From contig JBDTNY010000022.1 in the NCBI GenBank assembly GCA_039933515.1, forward strand, positions 222 through 64,221: a stretch of DNA of 64,000 nt. Reading direction: 5' to 3'. Below the pieces are notes generated by a model. That model was not told where the DNA came from. It made no database searches and saw nothing but the letters and a program-made list of their open reading frames with translations. The stretch is from Actinomycetota bacterium (lineage in GTDB: Bacteria > Actinomycetota > UBA4738 > HRBIN12). A program made the position numbers and the translations under genes. Below, piece after piece: positions 26,542-35,365 of this stretch; within the stretch, counting starts at the first letter, position 1, and each line of letters begins with the position of its first letter.

Positions 26542-26631
26542 GCGATCTCCTCCCTCGTGATCCCGTCTCCGTTCACGGCCACGATAGCCCGCCGCCCGGA
26601 ACGGGCCTTGCATCTGCGCGCATGTGGTGGT

Positions 26632-26654
26632 GATAGTTAGCATTGCGAACTATC
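26632..26654. promoter_or_regulatory. Candidate MarR operator (inverted repeat GATAGTT-N9-AACTATC)
   Basis: Perfect 7-bp inverted repeat ending 9 nt before the marR-family ATG at 26663. Confidence 0.45.
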
Positions 26655-26662
26655 ATGTGGGC

Positions 26663-27109
26663 ATGACCGCCGCCCCCGTCCCCACCGTTGATCTGCCGGC
26701 CCTCGCGGCGGACCTTCGCATCTCGGTGTTCCGGACCGCCCGCAGGCTCCGGTACCAGGGCGACGCCGGGATCACGCCCACCCTTCTGGCGGCGCTCGCC
26801 ACGATCGAGCAACACGGCCCCATGACGCCGGGCGCGCTCGCCGCCCACGAGCACATCCGAAAGCCGACGACCACCCGCATCGTCGGTTCGCTCGCCGAGT
26901 TGGCGTTGATCGAGCGAACTCCCGACCCTCTTGACGGGCGCGTGTCCTGGGTGCAGATCACGCCCACGGGCCGCAAGCTCCTGCACCGTGTCCGCCGTCG
27001 CCACGACGCCTACCTGTCGGATCGCTTGAAGCGGCTGACGCCCGATGAGCTCCAGACCCTCGGCAACGCTGCCGAGATCCTCGATCGGATGACCGAGGCC
27101 GACCGGTGA
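26663..27109 (+). CDS. MarR family transcriptional regulator
   Basis: Winged-helix pattern TLLAALATIEQHGPMTPGALAAHEHIRKPTTTRIVGSLAELALIERTPDPLDGR, length about 148 aa, and overlaps the downstream MFS gene. Confidence 0.88.
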   Translation: MTAAPVPTVDLPALAADLRISVFRTARRLRYQGDAGITPTLLAALATIEQHGPMTPGALAAHEHIRKPTTTRIVGSLAELALIERTPDPLDGRVSWVQITPTGRKLLHRVRRRHDAYLSDRLKRLTPDELQTLGNAAEILDRMTEADR

Positions 27110-28356
27110 GCCCGCGCGTGGATGCGGCCGTTCGCCGCACGTTCTCCTCGCTCAGCGCGTCGCGCAACTTCCGGCTGTATCTGTTCGGGCAGCTGATCTC
27201 AGCCGTCGGGACCTGGATGAACTTCACGGCGTCGGCCTGGCTCGTCCTTCGGCTCACCGACAGCGGGACGGCCCTCGGGGCGAACGTCGCCATCTACTTC
27301 CTCCCGGTTTTGCTACTCGGCGCCTACGGCGGCGTCCTGGCCGACCGCTTCGACAAGCGTCGGATCCTGATCTGGACCCAGTCGGCCTACGCGTTCGTGG
27401 CCCTGACGATGTGGGGATTCGTGGCCACCGACCTCGTCAAGGGCCACATCTGGATCGTGTTCCTCCTGTCCCTTGCCTCGGGGTTCGTGACGGCGATCGA
27501 CAATCCGTCGCGCCAGAGCTTCTACGTCGAGATGGTGGGCGAAGAGCACGTGCGGAACGCCGTGAGCTTGAACAGTGCCGCCTTCACCGGATCGAGGGTC
27601 ATCGGACCGGCGGTGGCGGGCGTGTTGATCGCCACGGTGGGGATCGCGACGTGCTTCCTGATCGACGGCATCTCCTATGTCGCCGTCCTGACGGCGCTGC
27701 TGTTGATGCGCTCGGCAGAGCTGCACCCTCAGACGCGCAGTACGCGGGAGAAAGGACACCTCGTCGCCGGCCTGAGATACGTGTGGCGAACCGACGAGCT
27801 CCGGCGGCCCTTGCTCGCGATGGCCGTGGTGTTCACGTTCGCGTTCAACTTCGCGGTGTTCGTGCCCTTGCTTGCGGATCGCACCTTCGGCGGCGACGCC
27901 GGCACGTTCGGGATGCTCTCGGCGCTGGCGGGCGTCGGGTCGTTCCTCGGGGCGATGACGATGGCGAGCCGCGCGGCGGAGCCGCAGATGCGGGATCTCG
28001 CCCTCTGGTCGGTCGCGGCCGGGGTCGCGCTCGCGATGGCGGGGCTCGCCCCCACCCTCGTGATCGCCGCGATCGCGATGGTCCCGATGGGCTTCGCGAT
28101 CATGGCCTTCATGATCACGGGCAACACGATGCTACAGCTCAGGGCGCTCCCGCAGGCGCGCGGGCGCGTCATGGCCCTCTACGGAATCGTGTTCCTAGGG
28201 TCGACGCCGATCGGGGCCCCGATCGCCGGGGTGATCGGTCAACGGCTCGGCCCGCAGGTGGGTTTCGTGCTGAGCGGCCTCGTCGCCGCCGGGCTCGGGC
28301 TGCGGCTGCTGTGGGTGAGGCGCCGCGTCGTCGAGGCGGCGCCCGTGCCGGTCTGA
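27106..28356 (+). CDS. MFS transporter (MFS_3 / enterobactin-exporter-like)
   Basis: 416 aa with about 12 TM segments. NFRLYLFGQLISAVGTWM...GGVLADRFDKRRIL is typical of this MFS subgroup. Confidence 0.88.
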   Translation: MSPRVDAAVRRTFSSLSASRNFRLYLFGQLISAVGTWMNFTASAWLVLRLTDSGTALGANVAIYFLPVLLLGAYGGVLADRFDKRRILIWTQSAYAFVALTMWGFVATDLVKGHIWIVFLLSLASGFVTAIDNPSRQSFYVEMVGEEHVRNAVSLNSAAFTGSRVIGPAVAGVLIATVGIATCFLIDGISYVAVLTALLLMRSAELHPQTRSTREKGHLVAGLRYVWRTDELRRPLLAMAVVFTFAFNFAVFVPLLADRTFGGDAGTFGMLSALAGVGSFLGAMTMASRAAEPQMRDLALWSVAAGVALAMAGLAPTLVIAAIAMVPMGFAIMAFMITGNTMLQLRALPQARGRVMALYGIVFLGSTPIGAPIAGVIGQRLGPQVGFVLSGLVAAGLGLRLLWVRRRVVEAAPVPV

Positions 28357-28558
28357 GGGTTCTCACCGACGCGGTCGGTGCGCGGAGGGCCGACGGATCC
28401 CGGGCGGTGGCCGGTGACGGTGACCGAGGGGGGGTCGTCACCGATGCGTACGGGGAGGGGTACCGCTACCACCGCCCGGGATGTCGGGTACTGCGTGGCG
28501 CCGGGGGGCGCCATCGGGGGTCGTCCGGGAGGCTCTCGCAGCGTCCCGGACGGTCCGA

Positions 28559-28762
28559 CTAGAAGCCGGCCTTCGAACTCATCGCTCGCTCGGCGGAGAG
28601 GACGATCACGTCGCGCTCCTCCTTGGAGAAGGCGAGCATCGCCGCATACCAACTGGGCTCGTAGGCCAGTTGGCTGCAGTCCGTGCAGCTGTCCACTTCG
28701 CCTGCTCCGTGCGTCGCGTGATCGCCCATCATGTCCTCCGAGTGCCGTCTTGACTGGTGCAT
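28559..28762 (-). CDS. Small hypothetical protein (67 aa), family unknown
   Basis: ATG 28762 has an AGGAG 4 nt upstream and GC3 is high. Sequence: MHQSRRHSEDMMGDHATHGAGEVDSCTDCSQLAYEPSWYAAMLAFSKEERDVIVLSAERAMSSKAGF. It lies next to an unusually low-GC structured spacer. Confidence 0.4.
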   Translation of the reverse strand: MHQSRRHSEDMMGDHATHGAGEVDSCTDCSQLAYEPSWYAAMLAFSKEERDVIVLSAERAMSSKAGF

Positions 28763-28928
28763 CGTGCTCCTGAACCGCCCAGGAATGAATACCCGAGGGA
28801 AGGGGAACCTAGCTACCACAAGCTAAGTAAGCAGGACTACGTACGTTGCCGTAGGTAGTCATATCGTGTCAAGGGGGGTGGGGATATCGGGATGGGTCAG
28901 ATGCGAGGCGAAGATCAACGACGACAGG

Positions 28929-30392
28929 TCACTCGATCAGCTCGCGGTCGATCGTCCACGCGCCGCCCTGCTCATGGCTGCTGACGTCGATCGTCGTGCC
29001 GTCGGCCATGGCGAGCCGGAACGTGCGGAACTGCTCGCCGTCCCGCTCGACCAGCGCCGAGTGCAGGACCTCGACGGGCTCCTCCACCCCGCCCCAGACC
29101 ACGGCGCGGGGCCACGCTTCGGCGCGCGCGCCATCGTGGAACCGGAGCCGGACCTCGGGCTTGCCTCGGATCCACCGCGGCAACACGGGAGCCCACAGCA
29201 GGAAGACGACCCCGATCAGGGCGGCTGAGCCGTTCTCGCCGATCGTCGGCAACAGCACGATCGCGAGGACCGCCGCGAACAGACGCGACAGGTTGTAGGC
29301 GACGTCGTAGACCGCGAACACGCGTCCGCGCAGGCCGTCTGGGACGGCCTCCTGCACCATCGTGTCGACCGGGATCTTCTTCCAGGCGAACGAGAGCCCG
29401 ATCGCGAAGCTCGTGATCAGCACGGTCCAACGGTCGAGGAACAGGCTCACTGCCAGGAGCGAGATCCCGCCGAACACGAACGACCACGCGACGATCCGGT
29501 CGCGGGCGAAGCGTCGGTCGAGCCGCCCAACGGTGGCGAGCCCGATGAACACACCCACGCCGCCGGCTCCGATCAGCCACGAGAACGACCCCACGCCCTC
29601 GCCGAATCGCTCCTTGAACACCACGAGGGCCAGCACGAGCACGAGGCCCTGGCCCATCTGATCCACCGAGATCGAGGCTATCGGGCCGATCGCGCGCGGC
29701 GTGCGGACGATGTGCTTTATGCCCTCGGTGAACTCAACCACGACGCGCACGATCTGATGGCGGAGCAGCTCGGGCGCCTCCGGAAGCTGGTGCGGCCGCA
29801 GGTCGCTTCGGATCGTGACCGCGATCGCCGACGCGACGAGCCACGCGGTTGCGGCGAGGGTGACGATCGTGCCGTTGCCGAAGGACTCGGAGACGAGCCC
29901 GCCCGTGAACACGCCGACGAGCAGCGCGACGGTCCCGCCGACCGTGGCGACGGAGTTCGCCGCCAGCAGGTCTTCGGTGGGGACGAGTCGTGGCACGACC
30001 GCCTGGGCCGTGGCCAGGAAGAACCGGTTCACCGAGGTGACCCAGAGCGCGCCCGCGTAGAACAGCACGGCCCGCCGATCGGGGTTCAGTAGCACTAGGA
30101 ACGCCGGCGCGGCGCGGAGCAGCGGCGCGACGATCATGATCCTCCGGCGCGACCAACGGTCGATGAAGACGCCTGCGAACGGCCCGAGGATCGAGAACGG
30201 CACGATCACGATGGCCGATGCGAGCGCGAAGCCGGCCGCGGTGGTGGCCCGGTCCGGAGAGAAGGCGAGCGAGGCGACGAGGGCAGCTTGGATGAGCCCG
30301 TCCGCGGTCTGGCTTACGAGCCGGATCCCGAGGAGCCGCCGGAAATCCGCGTGGCGCAGCGCATCGCGCACGCTCCCTATCCTGCCGGCCAT
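28929..30392 (-). CDS. MFS transporter with an extra soluble C-terminal domain of about 85 aa
   Basis: ATG 30392. DFRRLLGIRLVSQTADGL...FIDRWSRRRIM is MFS_3-like, with about 12 TM segments. This is followed by PEVRLRFHDGARAEAW...FRLAMADGTTIDVSSHEQGGAWTIDRELIE. Confidence 0.82.
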   Translation of the reverse strand: MAGRIGSVRDALRHADFRRLLGIRLVSQTADGLIQAALVASLAFSPDRATTAAGFALASAIVIVPFSILGPFAGVFIDRWSRRRIMIVAPLLRAAPAFLVLLNPDRRAVLFYAGALWVTSVNRFFLATAQAVVPRLVPTEDLLAANSVATVGGTVALLVGVFTGGLVSESFGNGTIVTLAATAWLVASAIAVTIRSDLRPHQLPEAPELLRHQIVRVVVEFTEGIKHIVRTPRAIGPIASISVDQMGQGLVLVLALVVFKERFGEGVGSFSWLIGAGGVGVFIGLATVGRLDRRFARDRIVAWSFVFGGISLLAVSLFLDRWTVLITSFAIGLSFAWKKIPVDTMVQEAVPDGLRGRVFAVYDVAYNLSRLFAAVLAIVLLPTIGENGSAALIGVVFLLWAPVLPRWIRGKPEVRLRFHDGARAEAWPRAVVWGGVEEPVEVLHSALVERDGEQFRTFRLAMADGTTIDVSSHEQGGAWTIDRELIE

Positions 30393-30400
30393 AGGTCGAG

Positions 30401-30419
30401 CGTACCCGCGCGGGGTACG
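30401..30419. promoter_or_regulatory. Inverted repeat CGTACCC-N5-GGGTACG in a 59-bp divergent spacer
   Basis: Seen directly in the sequence. It lies between the MFS start (30392, -) and the PD40-cupredoxin start (30452, +). Confidence 0.3.
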
Positions 30420-30451
30420 GAAACGGGACCCCGCATGCCGATACCACCTGG

Positions 30452-32017
30452 GTGCGACGAACGCTATTCCTGCTGCCCGCAGTGATGCTCGCGGCCTCCT
30501 TCGTGGTGGCCGGCCGAAGCCTGCCCTCACTCGCGGTGGCGCCCGGCGGGAACGGCCTGATCGCCTTCGAATCCGACCGCGACGGCGATCTCGATATCTT
30601 CTCGATCCAACCTGACGGAACCGTGCTGACGAAGCTCACGCAGAACACCGTCGCGGATCGCGACCCGGCCTGGTCACCAGACGGCTCACATATCGCGTTC
30701 GTGCGCGACGGGTGTACGGGAACATGCCGGAACCTCTGGGTGATGAACGCCGACGGAACGGGCGAGCTGCAGATCACGAACGAGCCCTCGAGCGTGGCCG
30801 ACGCCAACCCGGCATGGTCGCCCGACGGGACCACGCTCGTCTTCGCACACCCGACGAACAACGCCGGTCAGTACTACAAGCAGATCTGGTCGGTCCCGGC
30901 GGCCGGCGGGGCGCTCACGCAGCTCACCGCGGCCGCCTTCGCGAGCTGGTCGCCGGATTGGTCTCCCGACGGCTCCAGGATCGTATTCACCTCGACCCGC
31001 GCCGGGGATGCCGCGATCTACACGATGAACGCCGACGGCAGCGCCCAAACGAAGGTTTCGTTCGCCGGGGCCACCGCGCCGCCGGCCTTCCTGCTCGGCG
31101 GCCCTTCGTGGTCGCCCGACGGTACGACGTTCGCGTTCCATGGCGCCGACAGCGCCACGCTCGACGTGCCCAGGCTGCTGCTGTCGGGCGCCGACGGCGC
31201 GGACACCCGCACCATCTACGACCCGGCCGGCGAGGTGTATCCACCCTCGTGGGCGCCCAACGGCAACAAGTTGGTCGTCACGGTGAACACGGGGAGCGGC
31301 GCGGTGACGAACATGCAGGTGTACGTCGTGAACCCCTCGACGGGCGCAGCTACGGCGCTCGCCGCCTCCGCTTCGGTGGAGCAAAACCCCAGCTGGCAGC
31401 CGGGGATCGCTCTTTCCCCGACGACGACCCCGAGTGCGTCCGCGAGCTCCAGTGCGTCGGCGTCCGGGTCGACCTCAGCCTCACCCCCACCGCCCGACGG
31501 GATCCAGGTGGCGGTGACCGACGATGTCTTCACACCGGCGACCGTCGATATCCCACGTGGCGGGACCCTGGTGTTCGACCACATGGGGCCTTCGCACCAT
31601 ACGGCCACCGACGCGACCGGGATGCTCCTCTATGACTCGGGCTCGGTCGACGAGTCGAGCCCGCCAACCTGGTACACGTTCGAGGCGGCCGGGGTCTATC
31701 CGTTCACCTGCCTGCTGCATCCGTTCATGGGTGGACGGGCGCGCGTGCCGCTACGCGCGGCGCCGGTCACCGGGACCCTCGGGAGGATCAGAACCGTCAC
31801 GTGGGCGACCGGCCCAGCGCCCGGAGGGTTCGTCTTCGACGTGCAGCTCCGACGCCCTAGCCAGGGATGGACCTCGTGGAGGAAAGCCACTCCGTGGCCC
31901 TCGGCCTCGTTCCACGCCGACGCGGGAACGGGCGGCTACCGCTTCCGTGCCCGGCTCCGCGAGGTGGGGGTCGCGGCATCGAGGTGGTCGCCGGCCGTCG
32001 CGATCCGCGTGGGTTAG
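30452..32017 (+). CDS. Secreted fusion: TolB-like PD40 beta-propeller, Ser/Ala/Pro linker, cupredoxin (type-1 Cu) domain and an Fn3-like domain
   Basis: Signal peptide MRRTLFLLPAVMLAASFVVA. Repeated PD40 motifs (PAWSPDGSHIAF, PAWSPDGTTLVF, PDWSPDGSRIVF, PSWSPDGTTFAF, PSWAPNGNKLV). The cupredoxin ligand pattern H...C-x2-H-x2-M (YPFTCLLHPFM) is amicyanin-like. Confidence 0.8.
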   Translation: MRRTLFLLPAVMLAASFVVAGRSLPSLAVAPGGNGLIAFESDRDGDLDIFSIQPDGTVLTKLTQNTVADRDPAWSPDGSHIAFVRDGCTGTCRNLWVMNADGTGELQITNEPSSVADANPAWSPDGTTLVFAHPTNNAGQYYKQIWSVPAAGGALTQLTAAAFASWSPDWSPDGSRIVFTSTRAGDAAIYTMNADGSAQTKVSFAGATAPPAFLLGGPSWSPDGTTFAFHGADSATLDVPRLLLSGADGADTRTIYDPAGEVYPPSWAPNGNKLVVTVNTGSGAVTNMQVYVVNPSTGAATALAASASVEQNPSWQPGIALSPTTTPSASASSSASASGSTSASPPPPDGIQVAVTDDVFTPATVDIPRGGTLVFDHMGPSHHTATDATGMLLYDSGSVDESSPPTWYTFEAAGVYPFTCLLHPFMGGRARVPLRAAPVTGTLGRIRTVTWATGPAPGGFVFDVQLRRPSQGWTSWRKATPWPSASFHADAGTGGYRFRARLREVGVAASRWSPAVAIRVG

Positions 32018-32079
32018 GCGGCCTCGGCTCCGCTCGTCCGCGGTACCGTCGTGATGTCGACGCGACGAGAGGGGATCCG

Positions 32080-32853
32080 ATGGCCCGCTTCAAAGTGGGG
32101 GCGCAGTTCCACCCGCAACACACGACGATGGATGTGCTGCGCGCCGGGTGGCGAGAGGCCGAAGCCCTGGGCGTCGATTCGCTCTGGACCTGGGATCACT
32201 TCTATCCGCTCTACGGTGAGTTGGACGGGGCGCACTTCGAGGGGTGGTCGCTCCTGGCGGCCATGGCATGCGACACCGAGCGCGCCGAGTTCGGGATGCT
32301 CGTGACCTGTAACTCGTACCGGAACCCCGAGCTCCTAGCCGATATGGCGCGCACGATCGACCACCTGAGCCACGGCCGCCTGATCCTGGGGGTCGGATCG
32401 GGATGGTTCGAGCGCGACTATGACGAGTACGGGTACGAGTTCGGCACGGCGATCGGGCGCCTACAGGCGCTCGAAGCCTCGCTGCCGCGGATCGAAGCGC
32501 GCCTCGCGAAGCTCGACCCGCCGCCCGCCCGCTCACCGATGCCACTCCTGATCGGCGGCAGCGGAGAGAAGGTGACGCTGCGGCTCGTCGCAGAGCACGC
32601 CTCGATGTGGAACAGCTTCGGCCCACCCGAGACGTACGCGAAGAAGAACGCGATCCTCGACGAGTGGTGCGAGCGGAGCGGGCGGGATCCCAAGGAGATC
32701 GAGCGCACCGTGCTCATCGAGGGAGCCGACGACGTCGTCAACGCCGACGCCTACCTCGAGGCGGGGGCGCAACACCTCATCGTGGGGCTCGGCACGACCG
32801 ACGATACGCCGTTCGACCTGGCGCCGGTGCGCGCGCTGCTCGACGCGCGCTAG
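32080..32853 (+). CDS. Luciferase-like monooxygenase (LLM) class oxidoreductase, probably F420-dependent
   Basis: ATG 32080 follows a GAGAGGGGA Shine-Dalgarno. DSLWTWDHF...RLILGVGSGWFERDYDEYG...LLIGGSGEKVTLRLVAEHA is typical of LLM/F420 enzymes. Confidence 0.82.
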   Translation: MARFKVGAQFHPQHTTMDVLRAGWREAEALGVDSLWTWDHFYPLYGELDGAHFEGWSLLAAMACDTERAEFGMLVTCNSYRNPELLADMARTIDHLSHGRLILGVGSGWFERDYDEYGYEFGTAIGRLQALEASLPRIEARLAKLDPPPARSPMPLLIGGSGEKVTLRLVAEHASMWNSFGPPETYAKKNAILDEWCERSGRDPKEIERTVLIEGADDVVNADAYLEAGAQHLIVGLGTTDDTPFDLAPVRALLDAR

Positions 32854-32884
32854 GACGCGTAGGCGTGCGCGGTAGCTGCGCGGC

Positions 32885-34033
32885 TCAGACGGTCGGCTGG
32901 GTCTCGCGCGTGTCCACGATCTGGATCGCCTGCTGGTGGCGCTGCTGCGCCTCGAGGTCGGCCGGCTTCCCGCCGATGTAGGCCTCCACCATCTTGTGGG
33001 CCTCCTCGTCGGTGAACTGCACCGGCGGCGACTTCATGAAGTACGACGATGGCCCGATCAGCGGACCGCCGATCCCGCGATCGAGCGCGAGCTTCGCGCA
33101 GCGCACCGCGTCGATGATCACGCCGGCCGAGTTCGGGGAGTCCCAGACTTCGAGCTTCATCTCGATCGTCAGGGGGATGTCGCCGAAGTTGCGGCCCTCG
33201 AGCCGGATCATGGCCCATTTGCGGTCCTCCAGCCACGGCACGTGGTCGCTCGGCCCGATATGGATGTTCTCCTTCGAGAGCGGCTCCTCGAGCTGGGATT
33301 GCACCGACTGCGTCTTCGAGATCTTCTTCGAGATGAGGCGCTCGCGCTCGAGCATGTTCATGAAGTCCATGTTGCCGCCGAAGTTCAGCTGGTAGGTGCG
33401 GTCGAGCTCGACCCCGCGGTCCTCGAAGAGCTTCGCGAGCACGCGGTGCGTGATCGTCGCCCCCACCTGGGACTTGATGTCGTCGCCGACGATCGGCACG
33501 CCGGCGTCGCGGAACTTCTTGGCCCACGCGAGGTCGCTCGCGATGAACACCGGGAGCGCGTTCACGAAGGCCACGCCGGAATCGAGCGCGCATTGCGCGT
33601 AGTGCCGCGCTGCCTGCTCGGAGCCCACAGGCAGGTAACACACGAGCACGTCGGCGGCCGTGTCCTTCAGGACCTGCACGACATCGACCTCGGGCGCGTC
33701 GGACTCGGTGACGACCTGGCGGTAGTAGACCCCTAGGCCGTCGAGGGTGCGTCCCTTCTGTACGGTCACGCCGATCGGCGGCACGTCGGAGAACTTGATC
33801 GTGTTGTTGGGCGCCGTGAAGATCGCCTCCGCGACGTCCTTGCCGACCTTCGCGGCATCCACGTCGAACGCGGCGACGACCTCGACGTCGCGGACGTGGT
33901 ACCCGCCCAGCTCGACGTGCATCAGACCGGGGACGCGGTCCTCGGGGCTGGCGTCCTTGTAGTACTCGAGGCCCTGGACCAGCGACGAGGCGCAGTTCCC
34001 CACGCCCACGATCGCGATGCGAACCTTGCTCAT
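32885..34033 (-). CDS. ino1: myo-Inositol-3-phosphate synthase
   Basis: [25 protein letters not shown]...[10 protein letters not shown]...[15 protein letters not shown]...LNFGGNMDF...[17 protein letters not shown] 34033 overlaps the PadR stop (ATGA). Confidence 0.93.
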   Translation of the reverse strand: MSKVRIAIVGVGNCASSLVQGLEYYKDASPEDRVPGLMHVELGGYHVRDVEVVAAFDVDAAKVGKDVAEAIFTAPNNTIKFSDVPPIGVTVQKGRTLDGLGVYYRQVVTESDAPEVDVVQVLKDTAADVLVCYLPVGSEQAARHYAQCALDSGVAFVNALPVFIASDLAWAKKFRDAGVPIVGDDIKSQVGATITHRVLAKLFEDRGVELDRTYQLNFGGNMDFMNMLERERLISKKISKTQSVQSQLEEPLSKENIHIGPSDHVPWLEDRKWAMIRLEGRNFGDIPLTIEMKLEVWDSPNSAGVIIDAVRCAKLALDRGIGGPLIGPSSYFMKSPPVQFTDEEAHKMVEAYIGGKPADLEAQQRHQQAIQIVDTRETQPTV

Positions 34034-34602
34034 GACGTGTGCTCCTTCCTGCGGAGCGAACGTCGCTCCGATGGGGTGGTCGTGGTACGTGATCGCTCTG
34101 CCGTCAGCAGGCCGTCGACCCACGCGAGATCGGACTCGGTGGCTGAACGGCCGTGCTCCATCAGCGAGAGCGTGTAGTCGTCGACGCGCACGCGGGTCGT
34201 GCGCAGCGAGTCGCTGATCGTGTTGAGTCGCTCCTCCAAGGTCGTCCGGCGACGCTCCAGAAGTCGGATCCGGGTCTCGGGCGGGAGGTAGCGGAAGAAC
34301 GCGAGTCGGACCCGGAACCGGGTGTCCTCGGTCGAGTTGTCGTGCGGGGTCTCCTGGAGCATCTCCAGGAAGGCGACCTCGCCCTGCTGGGTGATGCGAT
34401 AGACATGCTTGCGGCGCCCCGCGGCGGGCTGTTCGCCATCGACCTCGATCGCGCCGCTCTGCTCGAGTCGGCGAAGGGTCGGGTAGAGGGAGCCGTAGGA
34501 GACCCGCCAGAACCCCCCGAGCGCGTATCCCAGCTCGCGAGAGAGTTGGTAGCCGTGCATCGGCTGCTCTTTGAGGAGGCCGAGGATCGCGAGCTCGAGC
34601 AT
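34030..34602 (-). CDS. PadR family transcriptional regulator (Rv0047c-like partner of ino1)
   Basis: [24 protein letters not shown]...[19 protein letters not shown] is the PadR winged-helix signature. Confidence 0.88.
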   Translation of the reverse strand: MLELAILGLLKEQPMHGYQLSRELGYALGGFWRVSYGSLYPTLRRLEQSGAIEVDGEQPAAGRRKHVYRITQQGEVAFLEMLQETPHDNSTEDTRFRVRLAFFRYLPPETRIRLLERRRTTLEERLNTISDSLRTTRVRVDDYTLSLMEHGRSATESDLAWVDGLLTAERSRTTTTPSERRSLRRKEHTS

Positions 34603-34636
34603 CTGGTGTGGGCCCTTCCGGGGTCGAGTGACGGTT

Positions 34637-34671
34637 CGATATATCGCAAGCATATATCGCTTCGATATATC
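34637..34671. promoter_or_regulatory. Three AT-rich palindromic boxes (GATATATC / CATATATC / GATATATC) with a 13-bp period
   Basis: Boxes at 34638-45, 34651-58 and 34664-71, 35-70 bp upstream of the PadR ATG. This is the most AT-rich patch of the window. Confidence 0.5.
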
Positions 34672-34754
34672 TATACCCGGCGACCGGCGGAGGCGTCAAC
34701 CATACGAATGGCCGTTGGGAAGCGCGGCCGCTTCAGAGAAGATGTCCTCTGGAG

Positions 34755-34988
34755 GTGACCGAGATCCGCCAGCCCCCCATCCACGTCCCCCGGGCCGTCT
34801 ACGACGAGCTACGTACGGTCGCGCTCGTATCCGGGATCGATGTCGACGAGCACGTGGCGCGCGCCCTGCGCGCCTATCTCGCCGACGGCGGCCACCACGC
34901 CGCGGTCACGGGGTTCGCGGAGCGGGCCCGGCAGCGCCATCGTGGCGCGCTCGACCTGCTCGCAGCGCCATCGCGATCGCGTACCTGA
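34755..34988 (+). CDS. Putative ribbon-helix-helix antitoxin (Phd-like position)
   Basis: 77 aa with high GC3. IHVPRAVYDELRTVALVSGIDVDEHVARALRAYL fits a strand-helix-helix pattern. It lies directly upstream of a Doc-like ORF. Confidence 0.55.
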   Translation: MTEIRQPPIHVPRAVYDELRTVALVSGIDVDEHVARALRAYLADGGHHAAVTGFAERARQRHRGALDLLAAPSRSRT

Positions 34989-35365
34989 GCGCCGCCGACG
35001 TCGAGTCGATCGCCTCGACCGAGGTAGGGGCTGGCGGCGCCTGCGACGCCGGGGCGCTGCGGGCGGCCGTGGAGCTCCCGGGCTCCCGCGATGGGGACCG
35101 CGACGCCTATCCGGGCATCCATCTGAAGGCGGCCGCGCTGCTCGAGGCCCTCGTGCGGTTGCGACCCTTCGAGCGGGGCAACGACCAGGTGGCCCTGCTG
35201 GCCGTCACCGTGTTCTTGAACCTGAACGGCTGGGATCTCGAGGCGGAGCCCGACGAGCTTGCACTCCTGACCCGGATGTGCGCCCAAGGCCGATTGCCGA
35301 TGTTCGATATCGCAGCAGGGCTCGAATCGGCGACCGTCAGACTTTCGCTGGAGGAGGAGGAGTGA
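34970..35365 (+). CDS. Doc/Fic-family toxin-like protein with a degenerate active-site motif and no canonical start codon
   Basis: IAYLSAADVESI...AYPGIHLKAAALLEALVRLRPFERGNDQVALLAVTVFLNLNGW aligns to the Doc pattern (HPFxDGNKRTA), but reads RPFERGNDQ. The only in-frame ATG/GTG is far upstream (34742), running across the antitoxin frame. Confidence 0.5.
   Translation: MAIAYLSAADVESIASTEVGAGGACDAGALRAAVELPGSRDGDRDAYPGIHLKAAALLEALVRLRPFERGNDQVALLAVTVFLNLNGWDLEAEPDELALLTRMCAQGRLPMFDIAAGLESATVRLSLEEEE

Noticed and set aside
34571-35365. Full 264-aa track ORF (or the ATG at 34742) as the real Doc-like protein.
   Set aside because: Its N-terminal 130 aa are Arg-rich junk read across the better-looking RHH frame and the PadR promoter region. 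Homology to Doc begins only at about 34976.
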